NCBI RefSeq assembly: GCF_030013595.1
Contig: NZ_CP122768.1
DNA length: 64,000 bases
Direction: 5' to 3' (one strand)
Source of the DNA: Escherichia coli
Lineage (GTDB): Bacteria > Pseudomonadota > Gammaproteobacteria > Enterobacterales > Enterobacteriaceae
Position 1 is the first letter of the stretch. Each line of letters opens with the position of its first letter. A program made the position numbers and the translations under genes. Positions 43,009 through 52,669 of the stretch are shown piece by piece. Below the pieces are notes generated by a model. It saw nothing but the letters and a program-made list of their open reading frames with translations, was not told the origin of the DNA and searched no databases.

Positions 43009-44397
43009 TTATAGATAGTATTTAAAGCCCAAATAAAGGCCTAACGTGTCGCCAAAAAGCGCAAATTCAGAATACCGACTTCCCAGCGCGCTATAGCCAC
43101 CGGCATAGGCTTCAAGCTGGTTACTGATAGCGCTGAGCGGCGTGGAATAATGCAGGCCCAGCAACGTGCTGCCATCAATGAGATTGACCACCAGCGAAGG
43201 CTGCAGCGTCGACTCTCCCGCCAGCGGCAGACTGGCCCAGGCGTTCAGATAGTGCTTACCCTGCAGCATCCCCTGATTGGCGGTATTGCTGATTTCTGAA
43301 GCCATCAGGTATTTGTAAGAATCAAATGCCTGATCCAGTGGCGCATAGCCGGTTGTGGTATTGAGGAAGTCAATTAACTCGCGCTGCTGACGCTGTTCAG
43401 CGCGCGAATACCCCTCGCTCTGAAAGTAATACTCAACGCCAAACACGCTGAAAATATCACTGGTGTACTGCCCACCCAGCGCCAGCTCCACGCCGCTTTC
43501 ATCTTTCGTTTCATAGAGCGAATCCGGAAACTGATATTCCTCGACCTGCGCCGTCTCACGGTGGGAAAGATGCCGCCATTGTTGGGAGCGGTGGTAGGCT
43601 GCGTCGACATTCAGCGTCAGCTGCGGGGTGTAGTGATAACTGTCAGACAGCGCGAGTGACGGCGATGGCCCGAGCCGCACATTGACTGTCGGCGTGTGCT
43701 CACCAAAGCGATGATCGCTGTAGCTCAGCAGATAGGCTTCATCGCTGTTTCCCTGCTGATTAGCCGACCAGTTGCCAGACGTCACATAGCGTTTGTCGAT
43801 GGTGGCTAACTTCGGTATGACGCTCGCCGAAAACGCATAATCGCGTGTATCCACGCTCATTTTTGCGCCCCACGATGACGCCTGATACGCCGATGTCATT
43901 TTGGGATCGTGCAAACGCGTCGACTGGAATCCGGTGTAATAATGCGTTTGCAAATCAGAAGGCGAACGCAAAAAGAACATTCCTGACGGCGCGGCAAATT
44001 TGCCTGCTTCAAATTGAACGCTGTCCGAGGCGCTATAGACCAGACTGAGGCGGTTAATTAACGCACGCGTGCGGCTATCATCCGTTTCGAATTTCCCTGC
44101 GAGTTTAAGCGCATATTCGTTTATTCCATACAGATTGAGCTTAAGGTCCAGCGTATTGTCGATTATCGAACAGCCACTGTTGATGCCAATCCCCGCCTCC
44201 TGATAACCGTTGTGACGAGTGTAGGGATTTTTGCCTGCAATCTGCCAGGCCGAAGCCTGTTTATTGACATAAGACACCTGCTCGTAAAGCGTCACATCGC
44301 TGTTTTGTGCCACCTCGTCACCTGACAGGCAATCCGCCTGTACCGTCAACGGCAGCACAACACACAGCAACGAAGAGATCTTCAGCGCACGTTTCAT
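43009..44397 (-). CDS. putative outer-membrane beta-barrel protein
   Basis: 462-aa ORF with N-terminal signal peptide MKRALKISSLLCVVLPLTVQA, Tyr/Gly/Ser-rich alternating pattern, C-terminal aromatic-rich ...LGLYLGFKYYL; 4-nt overlap with upstream gene. Confidence 0.5.
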   Translation of the reverse strand: MKRALKISSLLCVVLPLTVQADCLSGDEVAQNSDVTLYEQVSYVNKQASAWQIAGKNPYTRHNGYQEAGIGINSGCSIIDNTLDLKLNLYGINEYALKLAGKFETDDSRTRALINRLSLVYSASDSVQFEAGKFAAPSGMFFLRSPSDLQTHYYTGFQSTRLHDPKMTSAYQASSWGAKMSVDTRDYAFSASVIPKLATIDKRYVTSGNWSANQQGNSDEAYLLSYSDHRFGEHTPTVNVRLGPSPSLALSDSYHYTPQLTLNVDAAYHRSQQWRHLSHRETAQVEEYQFPDSLYETKDESGVELALGGQYTSDIFSVFGVEYYFQSEGYSRAEQRQQRELIDFLNTTTGYAPLDQAFDSYKYLMASEISNTANQGMLQGKHYLNAWASLPLAGESTLQPSLVVNLIDGSTLLGLHYSTPLSAISNQLEAYAGGYSALGSRYSEFALFGDTLGLYLGFKYYL

Positions 44398-45182
44398 TTC
44401 GCACCTCGCTGAATATATTCTTTGGTGAAATGAAACTCCGGCAGCGATTCCAGACGAACATCGCTGTACTCCATCACTGAATAGTTATTGCCGTGACGGA
44501 CATCGTTAACGGTGATTTTCATGGGTCGCGTTTTCCCCAGCACCGGCTGGAAATCCTGATACAACACTTCTTTTATTAACTGGTCATCCTGCGAATAATA
44601 GGCCGCCTTCCACGGGCGATTATCACCGTCTTTTTCAACGTAATAGATAACCTTCGGCCAGGTGATATCCGCCGATTTACGCACCAGTGCGAGCTTGTAA
44701 CACTGCTTTTCAGCACAAGAGACTTCCCCCACCAGGGTCGAGTCATAGGCATATTCAAAGTTAGTGACAATGACATCGCCGTTAGAGATTTGCCCAATTA
44801 ATCTTTGTTGCCGTGAAATAGGCATCGGACGTCGCAATTCCGGCGTGTAAAACCATAAATCGTACCAGTCGGAAAGCATGATTTTTCCTTTGTCTCGCGG
44901 CGGATAAATAAAACGCACCAGCGAGCGTGCATCCGCTTTTTCATTACCCTGCGGTTTCATAAAACGCATGGAAATATCGAGGATCTGTTTATTCTCTGGC
45001 TGGGTTGCGCCCGCTTTATATTCCGTTACCGTCAGCGTGTAACGAAACGGTTTATTCGGCGAACGAATTTCATCAGCGCGACGAATTATCTCCAGCGCCT
45101 TATTATCTGTGCTCGCCGCCTGAACGCACGACGTAGCGAGCCACAGGCAAGCAAACCACTTGCCGTAAAAAGCCATATTCAT
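44394..45182 (-). CDS. secreted LolA-like (outer-membrane lipoprotein-sorting fold) protein, putative
   Basis: 262-aa ORF with signal peptide; size and context (next to FtsX/ABC pair) suggest a periplasmic lipid/lipoprotein carrier; fold assignment not verifiable by eye. Confidence 0.4.
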   Translation of the reverse strand: MNMAFYGKWFACLWLATSCVQAASTDNKALEIIRRADEIRSPNKPFRYTLTVTEYKAGATQPENKQILDISMRFMKPQGNEKADARSLVRFIYPPRDKGKIMLSDWYDLWFYTPELRRPMPISRQQRLIGQISNGDVIVTNFEYAYDSTLVGEVSCAEKQCYKLALVRKSADITWPKVIYYVEKDGDNRPWKAAYYSQDDQLIKEVLYQDFQPVLGKTRPMKITVNDVRHGNNYSVMEYSDVRLESLPEFHFTKEYIQRGAK

Positions 45183-45190
45183 AATCAGTC

Positions 45191-46501
45191 CTACGAGAAT
45201 TTAAATGCGTCAGAAATATTCAGCCGGGAAGCACGTAAAGCCGGTAACACAGAGGCTCCTGTTGCTGTCAAAATGGGTAATACCACCGTCACCCAAATCA
45301 ATTCCGGGTTACTGGTTTTTATAAAGGCGGTATAGCCGATGGTTTGTCCAGGCGATGGCGGCATCGCAATACCATAAAGATTAATAATCCAGGCTAGCAC
45401 GCCCCCCACCATCAGGCTACCGACTGCGCCAATCACACCAATAAAAATACCTTCCGTCAGAAACAAGCGCGTGACATGAAGAGGCTTCAGACCTATGGCA
45501 CGCAGAGTGGTTATTTCACGGGTGCGCTCAACAATGTTCATTGCCATCGAATTGCCGATCATGAAGATGACAATCAGCGCAACAATCAGCTTGATGAAGA
45601 AATAGATCCCCGACAGTAACCCCTCAACCTGTTGATAAAAGAGTGAAACATCACGCCAGTCTTTGACCACCAGCGGCAAATGATTGCGTTCTATAAACTG
45701 ACGCAGCTTTGCGCTAAACGCCGCGGTGTCATCCTCTTTAAGCAGAATAAGCACTTTGCTGACGCCATCCGTACCCATCATGCGCTGCGCAGTGTCCAGC
45801 GGGATCTTCATCGCGACATCGTCATAATCTTTAATGCCTGACTCAAAAATGCCACGCAGTTTTAGCGACAATGCGCCCTGCCCGCCCGCCGTGTTGACGA
45901 CCATCACATCCAGCCAGTCGTCGTATTTCGCATTCAACGTTTTCGCCAGGCCGCTGCCCAGGGTGATTTCATCACCTTTTACCCGGGAAAGATCGCTCCC
46001 CGCGATAATCTTATCGAACGATCCCAGCTTTAAAGCGGGTAACGGCTCGACACCCAGCGCAGAGAAATAGCTGGAGGTTTCGCTCTCGTAATGTGAAATT
46101 ACGCCAGTAAACTCAAGTTGCCCGGAGAGCGTGGAAATATCCGTCGCCAGCGTCGGGTCCGACAAAATAGCTTTCTTTAACGCCGCATAATCGGCAATCA
46201 GGCTCTTATTTTTATTCGACGTTTCAAAATAGTGCTGATTGTAAATCTGTACATGACCAATATTGGTGCGAATCGTCTGCTCTTTCAGGATCCAGAAAGA
46301 GTAATCAATAAATCCGCCATATAAAAAAATTGCCACGCCGCCCAATACAATGGCAGTTATAGTAGAAAAAGAGCGACGCTTGTGGCGAAAGAGATTCAAA
46401 AATGCAAATTTGACATCTCGTGAATAAAACAGAAGCTGATAAAACACAAAAAACAGAATCAGCAGCAGAACGCAATTAACAGCTAAAATTTCCCCGGACA
46501 T
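45191..46501 (-). CDS. ABC transporter permease, FtsX/MacB/LolCE type
   Basis: 436-aa ORF: N-terminal TM helix, large periplasmic domain, C-terminal cluster of three TM helices (…FFIKLIVALIVIFMIGNSMAMNIVERTREITTLRAIGLKP…). Confidence 0.75.
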   Translation of the reverse strand: MSGEILAVNCVLLLILFFVFYQLLFYSRDVKFAFLNLFRHKRRSFSTITAIVLGGVAIFLYGGFIDYSFWILKEQTIRTNIGHVQIYNQHYFETSNKNKSLIADYAALKKAILSDPTLATDISTLSGQLEFTGVISHYESETSSYFSALGVEPLPALKLGSFDKIIAGSDLSRVKGDEITLGSGLAKTLNAKYDDWLDVMVVNTAGGQGALSLKLRGIFESGIKDYDDVAMKIPLDTAQRMMGTDGVSKVLILLKEDDTAAFSAKLRQFIERNHLPLVVKDWRDVSLFYQQVEGLLSGIYFFIKLIVALIVIFMIGNSMAMNIVERTREITTLRAIGLKPLHVTRLFLTEGIFIGVIGAVGSLMVGGVLAWIINLYGIAMPPSPGQTIGYTAFIKTSNPELIWVTVVLPILTATGASVLPALRASRLNISDAFKFS

Positions 46502-47158
46502 TTACTCACCTTTCATCAGCGGCAGCAGTACCTGGGTTAACTCTTCACTATCCCATTCTGGTACAACATTAAAATTCTGCGTCAGCGACTGCGCAAGCGC
46601 GGCGTTTTGCCCTTTAATTTGCGCCAACAACGCATTCGCGCGGGTGGTGTCCTTGCAGTGACGTAATGCACGATAACGCATCGCCAGAATATGGTCGCGA
46701 ATCGTTGTCGCCCATATCGCCCGGTCAGCCAGCATGTGCTCGGTGTCCTGGACTGTCACCACGCAACGCCCTGAATCTGCGGGTAAATAGGCATCTACGC
46801 GGGCACGTAAATAACGTACGCGTTGATTTTTCTCCTGCAAATCCACCGCTTCATCCAGCCAGAAAAAGCCGCTTTTTGCGTATTCTGAGGCATGGATAAA
46901 ATCGTTTGTTGCCGCATAACCGTCCGCCTGACGCAGTAAGCCATAGGCGTAAAAAACCAGCGCCACCACATTGTGCCTGGCTTCATACTCTTTCTTTAAC
47001 GCTTCGGTCAGCGTCGCCAGCGCGGCAGGCTGCGCCGGAAGCCCTTGTTGCAGAACCTGGTTAACGGCGTCGGGAGTTGCCGCGTAAATCTTCGGGGCCA
47101 AAAACGCCGCATACAAAAAGACGCCGATAAGCAAAAATCCTTTATGCATCTGAGTCAT
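46502..47158 (-). CDS. secreted hypothetical protein
   Basis: 218-aa ORF with signal peptide [31 protein letters not shown]...; no recognisable motif. Confidence 0.45.
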   Translation of the reverse strand: MTQMHKGFLLIGVFLYAAFLAPKIYAATPDAVNQVLQQGLPAQPAALATLTEALKKEYEARHNVVALVFYAYGLLRQADGYAATNDFIHASEYAKSGFFWLDEAVDLQEKNQRVRYLRARVDAYLPADSGRCVVTVQDTEHMLADRAIWATTIRDHILAMRYRALRHCKDTTRANALLAQIKGQNAALAQSLTQNFNVVPEWDSEELTQVLLPLMKGE

Positions 47159-47849
47159 GAATCAATACTCCATCCTGAATTTCAACCACTCGCCGAGCCC
47201 GCGCTTTTAATTCGCTGGAGTGCGTGGAAATAACAAATGTGGTGCCGGTCTGCTGATTAATCGTCAACAGCAGGTCCAAAATAGCCTCGCCGGTTGCCAG
47301 GTCTAAATTTCCCGTCGGTTCATCGGCAATGACCACCATCGGTTCGTGTGCCAGTGCCCGGGCGATGGCGACACGCTGTTGTTGACCGCCCGATAGTTGC
47401 CCAGGTTTGCGATCGCCAAAACCGCTTAATCCGACGCTATCGAGATAGTGCAGCGTCCGTTCAGTGGCTTCTTTTTTACTGAACTGACCATTAAGCACCA
47501 GTGGGAAATAAACGTTATCGAAAACATTTAATACCGGCATAAGGTTAAAAAACTGAAAAATAAAACCCAGATGTTTTCCACGAATCACAGCTAACTGCTC
47601 TTCAGGCAGTTGGTTCAGTAATTTATTTAAAAATATCACCGTTCCGCTGGTCGGTTTATCAATACCCGAGAGAATATTCAACAGAGTACTTTTACCACTG
47701 CCTGACGGCCCACACAGTGCGAGAAATTCGCCTTTATTGATATCAAGATTAATGCTTTTAAGCGCATCAACCTTTCCTGCCCCGGCACCATAACACTTGT
47801 AAATGTTGCTAAGTGAAATAGCGGGCAACGATTTAATAGTAGATTGCAT
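47142..47849 (-). CDS. ABC transporter ATP-binding protein (LolD/MacB-type)
   Basis: Walker [13 protein letters not shown] signature [15 protein letters not shown], Walker [13 protein letters not shown]; start trimmed to [21 protein letters not shown]. Confidence 0.88.
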   Translation of the reverse strand: MQSTIKSLPAISLSNIYKCYGAGAGKVDALKSINLDINKGEFLALCGPSGSGKSTLLNILSGIDKPTSGTVIFLNKLLNQLPEEQLAVIRGKHLGFIFQFFNLMPVLNVFDNVYFPLVLNGQFSKKEATERTLHYLDSVGLSGFGDRKPGQLSGGQQQRVAIARALAHEPMVVIADEPTGNLDLATGEAILDLLLTINQQTGTTFVISTHSSELKARARRVVEIQDGVLIHDSDA

Positions 47850-47859
47850 ACGACTGTCG

Positions 47860-48813
47860 TTATCCTTCAAGGTATTCAAGGTCAAAGTAGTGATAACCAA
47901 ACTGTTTATCGGCAATGACCGTACGCATTTTTCCACCGGGCTGAATATGACGGGTTAAATAATCCATACTCAGCGCGGGCGTCAGACAACCGCTTTCTCC
48001 GTAATGGGCTACCAGGTCGATAACGCCAGCAGCAGGCCGGGACGGCATTTGTCGCCGTTCGCTGAAGGCCATGACATCAATATCCGTAGCATGCTGTGGC
48101 GAAGTGCCGGAATGATATTCCCCGCATTGCAGCCTGATGGCGCTCTCACGCTGGCTGAGAATAAAACAACCCACTCGTTCAACAGATAAATTCACCTCAT
48201 CAGCGCGACGGGGGAATAAACGCTTAGGCGGTTTACCCACATCCTCTTCAGAGAATACCAGTACCGGAATTGCCCGATAGGCAGCGCAAATAACCACGTT
48301 ATCGAATACATCCCAGGCGAGATAATCCTGCGCCATACGCAGCGCCTGAACGAATGCCTGTTTTTCGCCACGAATTTTGCAAGTCGGCTCCGTTATCGAA
48401 AACTTCTTAAGTAAATTCTTGGGAAGCGTATCAATAGTGGCGATATGCAGCGCACTGGAAATTTTTTCAAACGGACCGGATTCGCCCCAGGAATCGGCAT
48501 AAATAAATGCCGTGCGCGATTTCATTAACTTCATGCGCTCTTTAGTCGGCATTTGTTGTAATGCAGAATCGGTTACCTGCTCCATCGCCTCAAGGTAAGG
48601 CATATATTGCGGATTACGGATCCGTTCTGGCGCATAAATATCGTTCTCCACGCCAAAGCGCTTCAGCCCCCAGCCATTAGCACGGGTGCCGTATAATCCT
48701 CTTTCGTACATATGTGCTTCCCAGGCGTTGAGCCAGGTCGGCTGATAAAAATAAAAAATGTCGTCCGGTTCCGTAAGCGCCCAGGAAGACAGGTAGATAC
48801 TCTTTTCCGTCAT
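47860..48813 (-). CDS. hypothetical protein
   Basis: 317-aa ORF MTEKSIYLSSWALTEPDDIFYFYQPTWLNAWEAHMYERG...; no motif recognised; 4-nt overlap with upstream KS gene. Confidence 0.45.
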   Translation of the reverse strand: MTEKSIYLSSWALTEPDDIFYFYQPTWLNAWEAHMYERGLYGTRANGWGLKRFGVENDIYAPERIRNPQYMPYLEAMEQVTDSALQQMPTKERMKLMKSRTAFIYADSWGESGPFEKISSALHIATIDTLPKNLLKKFSITEPTCKIRGEKQAFVQALRMAQDYLAWDVFDNVVICAAYRAIPVLVFSEEDVGKPPKRLFPRRADEVNLSVERVGCFILSQRESAIRLQCGEYHSGTSPQHATDIDVMAFSERRQMPSRPAAGVIDLVAHYGESGCLTPALSMDYLTRHIQPGGKMRTVIADKQFGYHYFDLEYLEG

Positions 48814-50033
48814 TTCGCGCGCCCCGCTTGCATATTTGTCATGACAACGCCAATAACTGAACCATCGACACCCACACCAACCTTCAGCAAATGGCGTTTG
48901 CTATGGTTTGTCACGCTGCCGTCCGTAAGTACCAGCGAAGCCATGCTGTCGATAATGACGTCGTTGCCAACAGGTGCGATCAGTTGATAATGCGTCAACG
49001 AATGGTGGCCAATGATCAGATCGACAACACCAGATCCGGTTGCGGTATAGCCGATCTGCCCTTTATAGGCGAGAACGGGGATCCGCCGCTCCCCTGCGAA
49101 CATGGTGATGGCTTTGGCTTCCGCGTTATCGCTCACTGCCGAACCGTTGCCGTGTGGAAGAATGGCTGCAAGATCATCCAGCGCAATTTCAGCCTGCTTC
49201 ATCGCGGCCTGCATGACCTTGTGCACGTTAGTGCTAAGCCAGGAGGCATCGTTGCTGCGGCCCGCGCTGATTTGGGTGTAAGTCGTTTGCACCCTTACGC
49301 CCTCACTTTGTTGACGCGCCCGGCGGTGATGAGCGCTTTCCAGTAGGAGCGCGCTAAAACCTTCTGCGAACACCACACCTTTACTGTTTTCACCAAACGG
49401 CTGAACCTGTTCGCTGTCCAGCATCGATTGAGTTTCCAGGAACCAGATGTCCTGGGTTTTAATTTTCGAACAGTTCAGCACAATCGCGAGATCAATCCCG
49501 CCCTGCTCAATGCCCTGCGTCGCCAGATGCACCGCAGTCAGTGACGAGTTACTGGTGCAGTTCATGTTAGGCGGCAAATACTGCAAGCGATATTTGCGCG
49601 CAAGATGGCTTGAGATCGTGTCCTGCGACATCTTTGAGGCATGCAGATTTGTGATGGATTGCGTTAAGTTGATATCTTCTACATCGTTGTAATTATAGAA
49701 AGATTTGTAATCCAACCCGTCGATACGCGGCCCAATACCAGTCAGGTAAACGCGAACGTTGCGCCCGGCCAGGCAATGCTTATCCAGCATTGCCTGTTCC
49801 AGGGCTTCGTCGATCAACTGAGACAGCAGGTCCAATGCGCTATCGTCCACCTGTTTCAACGTCGCCACTGACGGATTACCCTTAAACCCGCATTTAATGG
49901 CTTCCTCGTTGGAGGTAAACCAGGGTGTACGCGCAACGCGTTTCCCCTGTTTCAGATTGTCAATTAACTGCGAACAGTCTTCGGCATACGGCATCCACAC
50001 GCTGTAACCCGAAATAATAGCGGCATTGTCCAC
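48810..50033 (-). CDS. beta-ketoacyl-ACP synthase-like protein with partly degenerate catalytic triad
   Basis: ORF 48810..50099; probable GTG start at 50033; active-site Cys context NCTSNSSLTAVHLA (cf. TACSSSL..HLA), first His HGNGS present, second His position reads GQIGYTATG (Tyr in place of His). Confidence 0.7.
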   Translation of the reverse strand: MDNAAIISGYSVWMPYAEDCSQLIDNLKQGKRVARTPWFTSNEEAIKCGFKGNPSVATLKQVDDSALDLLSQLIDEALEQAMLDKHCLAGRNVRVYLTGIGPRIDGLDYKSFYNYNDVEDINLTQSITNLHASKMSQDTISSHLARKYRLQYLPPNMNCTSNSSLTAVHLATQGIEQGGIDLAIVLNCSKIKTQDIWFLETQSMLDSEQVQPFGENSKGVVFAEGFSALLLESAHHRRARQQSEGVRVQTTYTQISAGRSNDASWLSTNVHKVMQAAMKQAEIALDDLAAILPHGNGSAVSDNAEAKAITMFAGERRIPVLAYKGQIGYTATGSGVVDLIIGHHSLTHYQLIAPVGNDVIIDSMASLVLTDGSVTNHSKRHLLKVGVGVDGSVIGVVMTNMQAGRAK

Positions 50034-50037
50034 AGTC

Positions 50038-52596
50038 TTATCCCTTAATGACGAACGCGTAGTAGTTGCCGCCTTCCGTTGCGCCAACAAGCAGGACATG
50101 GTTCAGCGCAAGTTTCATCGACTGGCGTACAAAATTCACACGCTCATCAAAGAATTCCACCGTATTTGGAATCGCAGGTACTGCTTGCTTCTTAATGCAG
50201 TCAGTAATCACGGCGAGGTTAAGCAAACCAGCGGCAGAGGCGACAAAACCAAAGCAAGCGTTGTAGTTCACTACCGGCACCGCCGGGTTTTGCGCGGCGA
50301 AGGTGTTATAGATCGCGTCAATTTCGATACGAGAATGGTCATCGCTACCGTTGCTGGTACCACATACCAAATCAATATCGCCAGCAGAGATGCCCGCATG
50401 GGTAAGGGCGTGTTCAATGGCCAGCGCCATCGACGCGGATTTTTCTTCCAACAATGAGGCGTCGAAGTAGGTATTGCTGCATGACTTGCCGTAGCCCACC
50501 ACTTCCGCGAGAACCTCAACGCCACGCGCCGCAGCCAACTGCGGATCTTCCAACAGCAGCATGCAGGCACCTTCGCCCGGAACATAGCCCTGCGGATCTT
50601 TACCGTAAATCTGATAGTCACACGCCTCAGCCGTCATGTGGATCTTTTGCGTCACCGCATCCATATACAGCGACATAGACGGGAAGTACTCATCCGCGCC
50701 GCCAACTAATACCTGCGGTTGCAGGTTCTGCCGGACGATTTCATAACCGTAGGTCAGCGCGCCCAGCGCCGAGTTTTCCCCTGTCGCAAGCGTAGTGGTA
50801 TACCCTTTGATCCCTTCAGAGATCCCGCAGAACGTTGGGATCGCATTCATCAGCGAGCCAGGAAATTCCGACGTACGTACTTTGCGTGGATCGGGTTTCA
50901 GGCTTTGCAGATATTTGTAGGTGGTTTCCTGCGGACCACGGGACATCCCCATGATCATGCCCAGCTCATCGCCGTCGCGTTTGATTTTACGCTTCGCCTG
51001 TTCCAGCGCTTCGGTGAGTGCGATCAGGGCAAACGTGCCGCCACGGGTCGCTTTACGCGGGTCAAAACGACGCAGGTGTTTACGCGGCTCCAGCCCGGAA
51101 ACCTGGAACGTTTTGAAGTTGCTTGCCGTTTCCGGAAGCGTAGCGTCGCTGAAGCTGTACTCTTCATCAAACAGCTCGGCAAACTGGTTTGATTCATCCA
51201 GCACGGCCAGCAGCTCTTTGGCTTCTTCCAGCGTATCGTCCGGGAAGGTTACGCTACCCAGTTCAACGTGGTGGTCCTGCGCCCAGATGTTTTCCAGAAC
51301 CTGGTTGAGCGTGTGGCCAATTGCGGATACTGCACCGACGCCCGAGATAGCCACACGCTTCGAATCATAGGTACTGACCGGAATGGACGCGGGCTCCATG
51401 CTCAGGATCATGCAGCAATTGTTGCCGCCGAAGGCATAGTTATTCTTCATGAAGATGTTCACTTTGCGATCGCGAAATTCATTCGGCACATAGTCCAGAT
51501 CGCAATTCGGGCGTGCCTGGCTGAAATTCAGCGTCGGCAGTACGCGGTTGTCCGGCAGTGTTGCCAGACAGGCAATCAGTTCCACAATCCCCGCTGCGCC
51601 AATGTTGTGGCCAAAGTAAGATTTGGTGGAGCTCACCAGCAGTTTATCGTGGTTAGCGAAGACCTTTTTCATTGCCAGCGTTTCGATACGGTCATTGGCT
51701 TCGGTACCTGTACCGTGCGCGTTGACGTAATCGATTTGCTCTGGGGTTACGCCCGCATTTGCCATTGCCTTGTTCATGACCTGCACCGCTCCGCTGGCAC
51801 GCGGATCTGGCCCGGTTTCATGGAAAGCATCGCAGGAAGTGGCGTAAGAGAGGATCTCACCATAAATGGTCGCCCCGCGTGCTACGGCGTGCTCATACTC
51901 TTCCAGCACGATAGCGCCCGCACCTTCACCAATCGACATACCGGACTGACCCGAGAACGGCGTACAGGTGTCTGGATGCATGACATTCAGTGCGTAGAAT
52001 CCGGCAAAGGTCGGCAGATAGATGGGCTCAGTGCCCACTGCCAGCATGGTTTTGCTTTTACCATTCTGGATGTAGTCAAAGGCCATCCCCACGGCGTTCG
52101 GGCTGGCGGTACACGCGGTCGCCACCAGTTCAACCCCACCCTGTAAGCCCAGCAGCGTTGAAACGCTGGAACAACAGGATGAGAATGCGCCGGAAAAGAG
52201 TGCTTTACGCAGCGAGAAATCTTCCATGCGCTGTTCGAACAGCGGTAAAAAGGCCTCTGTACCCGCGGAGGAAACACCGACGATCATGCCTGTTTCTTTG
52301 AGAGTGTCACGGCTATCCATCAGGCCGGCCTGACTCAGCGCATCTTTACCCACTTTGTAGGCCCAGAGCGCTGCGTTATCCAGTGAATCGATAACATCTT
52401 CGTTCAGATCGGAGTATTCAATGTCATGCAACACTTCTGCCGCACGCGCATTTTCAAACCATTTTGCAAAGCGTTCGCTATCCTTAACGCCATTTTTTTT
52501 ATTTAATAATGCTTCCCGGAAATCCTGAATATTTTCCGCCAGTGAGGACAAAATCCCCAGCCCGGTAATAACAACTCTTTTCCTGTTCGTTTTCAT
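50038..52596 (-). CDS. di-domain beta-ketoacyl-ACP synthase (KS plus KS-like/CLF-like domain)
   Basis: 852-aa ORF; N-domain with ATACTAS (Cys), NAHGTGTEANDRIE and KSYFGHNIGAAG motifs as in FabB/FabF; C-terminal ~420 aa thiolase-like with weaker motifs. Confidence 0.8.
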   Translation of the reverse strand: MKTNRKRVVITGLGILSSLAENIQDFREALLNKKNGVKDSERFAKWFENARAAEVLHDIEYSDLNEDVIDSLDNAALWAYKVGKDALSQAGLMDSRDTLKETGMIVGVSSAGTEAFLPLFEQRMEDFSLRKALFSGAFSSCCSSVSTLLGLQGGVELVATACTASPNAVGMAFDYIQNGKSKTMLAVGTEPIYLPTFAGFYALNVMHPDTCTPFSGQSGMSIGEGAGAIVLEEYEHAVARGATIYGEILSYATSCDAFHETGPDPRASGAVQVMNKAMANAGVTPEQIDYVNAHGTGTEANDRIETLAMKKVFANHDKLLVSSTKSYFGHNIGAAGIVELIACLATLPDNRVLPTLNFSQARPNCDLDYVPNEFRDRKVNIFMKNNYAFGGNNCCMILSMEPASIPVSTYDSKRVAISGVGAVSAIGHTLNQVLENIWAQDHHVELGSVTFPDDTLEEAKELLAVLDESNQFAELFDEEYSFSDATLPETASNFKTFQVSGLEPRKHLRRFDPRKATRGGTFALIALTEALEQAKRKIKRDGDELGMIMGMSRGPQETTYKYLQSLKPDPRKVRTSEFPGSLMNAIPTFCGISEGIKGYTTTLATGENSALGALTYGYEIVRQNLQPQVLVGGADEYFPSMSLYMDAVTQKIHMTAEACDYQIYGKDPQGYVPGEGACMLLLEDPQLAAARGVEVLAEVVGYGKSCSNTYFDASLLEEKSASMALAIEHALTHAGISAGDIDLVCGTSNGSDDHSRIEIDAIYNTFAAQNPAVPVVNYNACFGFVASAAGLLNLAVITDCIKKQAVPAIPNTVEFFDERVNFVRQSMKLALNHVLLVGATEGGNYYAFVIKG

Positions 52597-52669
52597 GAAT
52601 AATACCTGGCTATCCCGCCAATTGGGGTTAATTTAAGCCGCGTAAGCTATGGTCACGCGGCGATATTCA

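Noticed and set aside
50719-52146. Plus-strand ORFs of 157, 149 and 292 aa inside the di-domain ketosynthase gene
   Set aside because: Antisense to a gene with clear KS motifs; translations are low-complexity Arg/His/Gly-rich with no motifs
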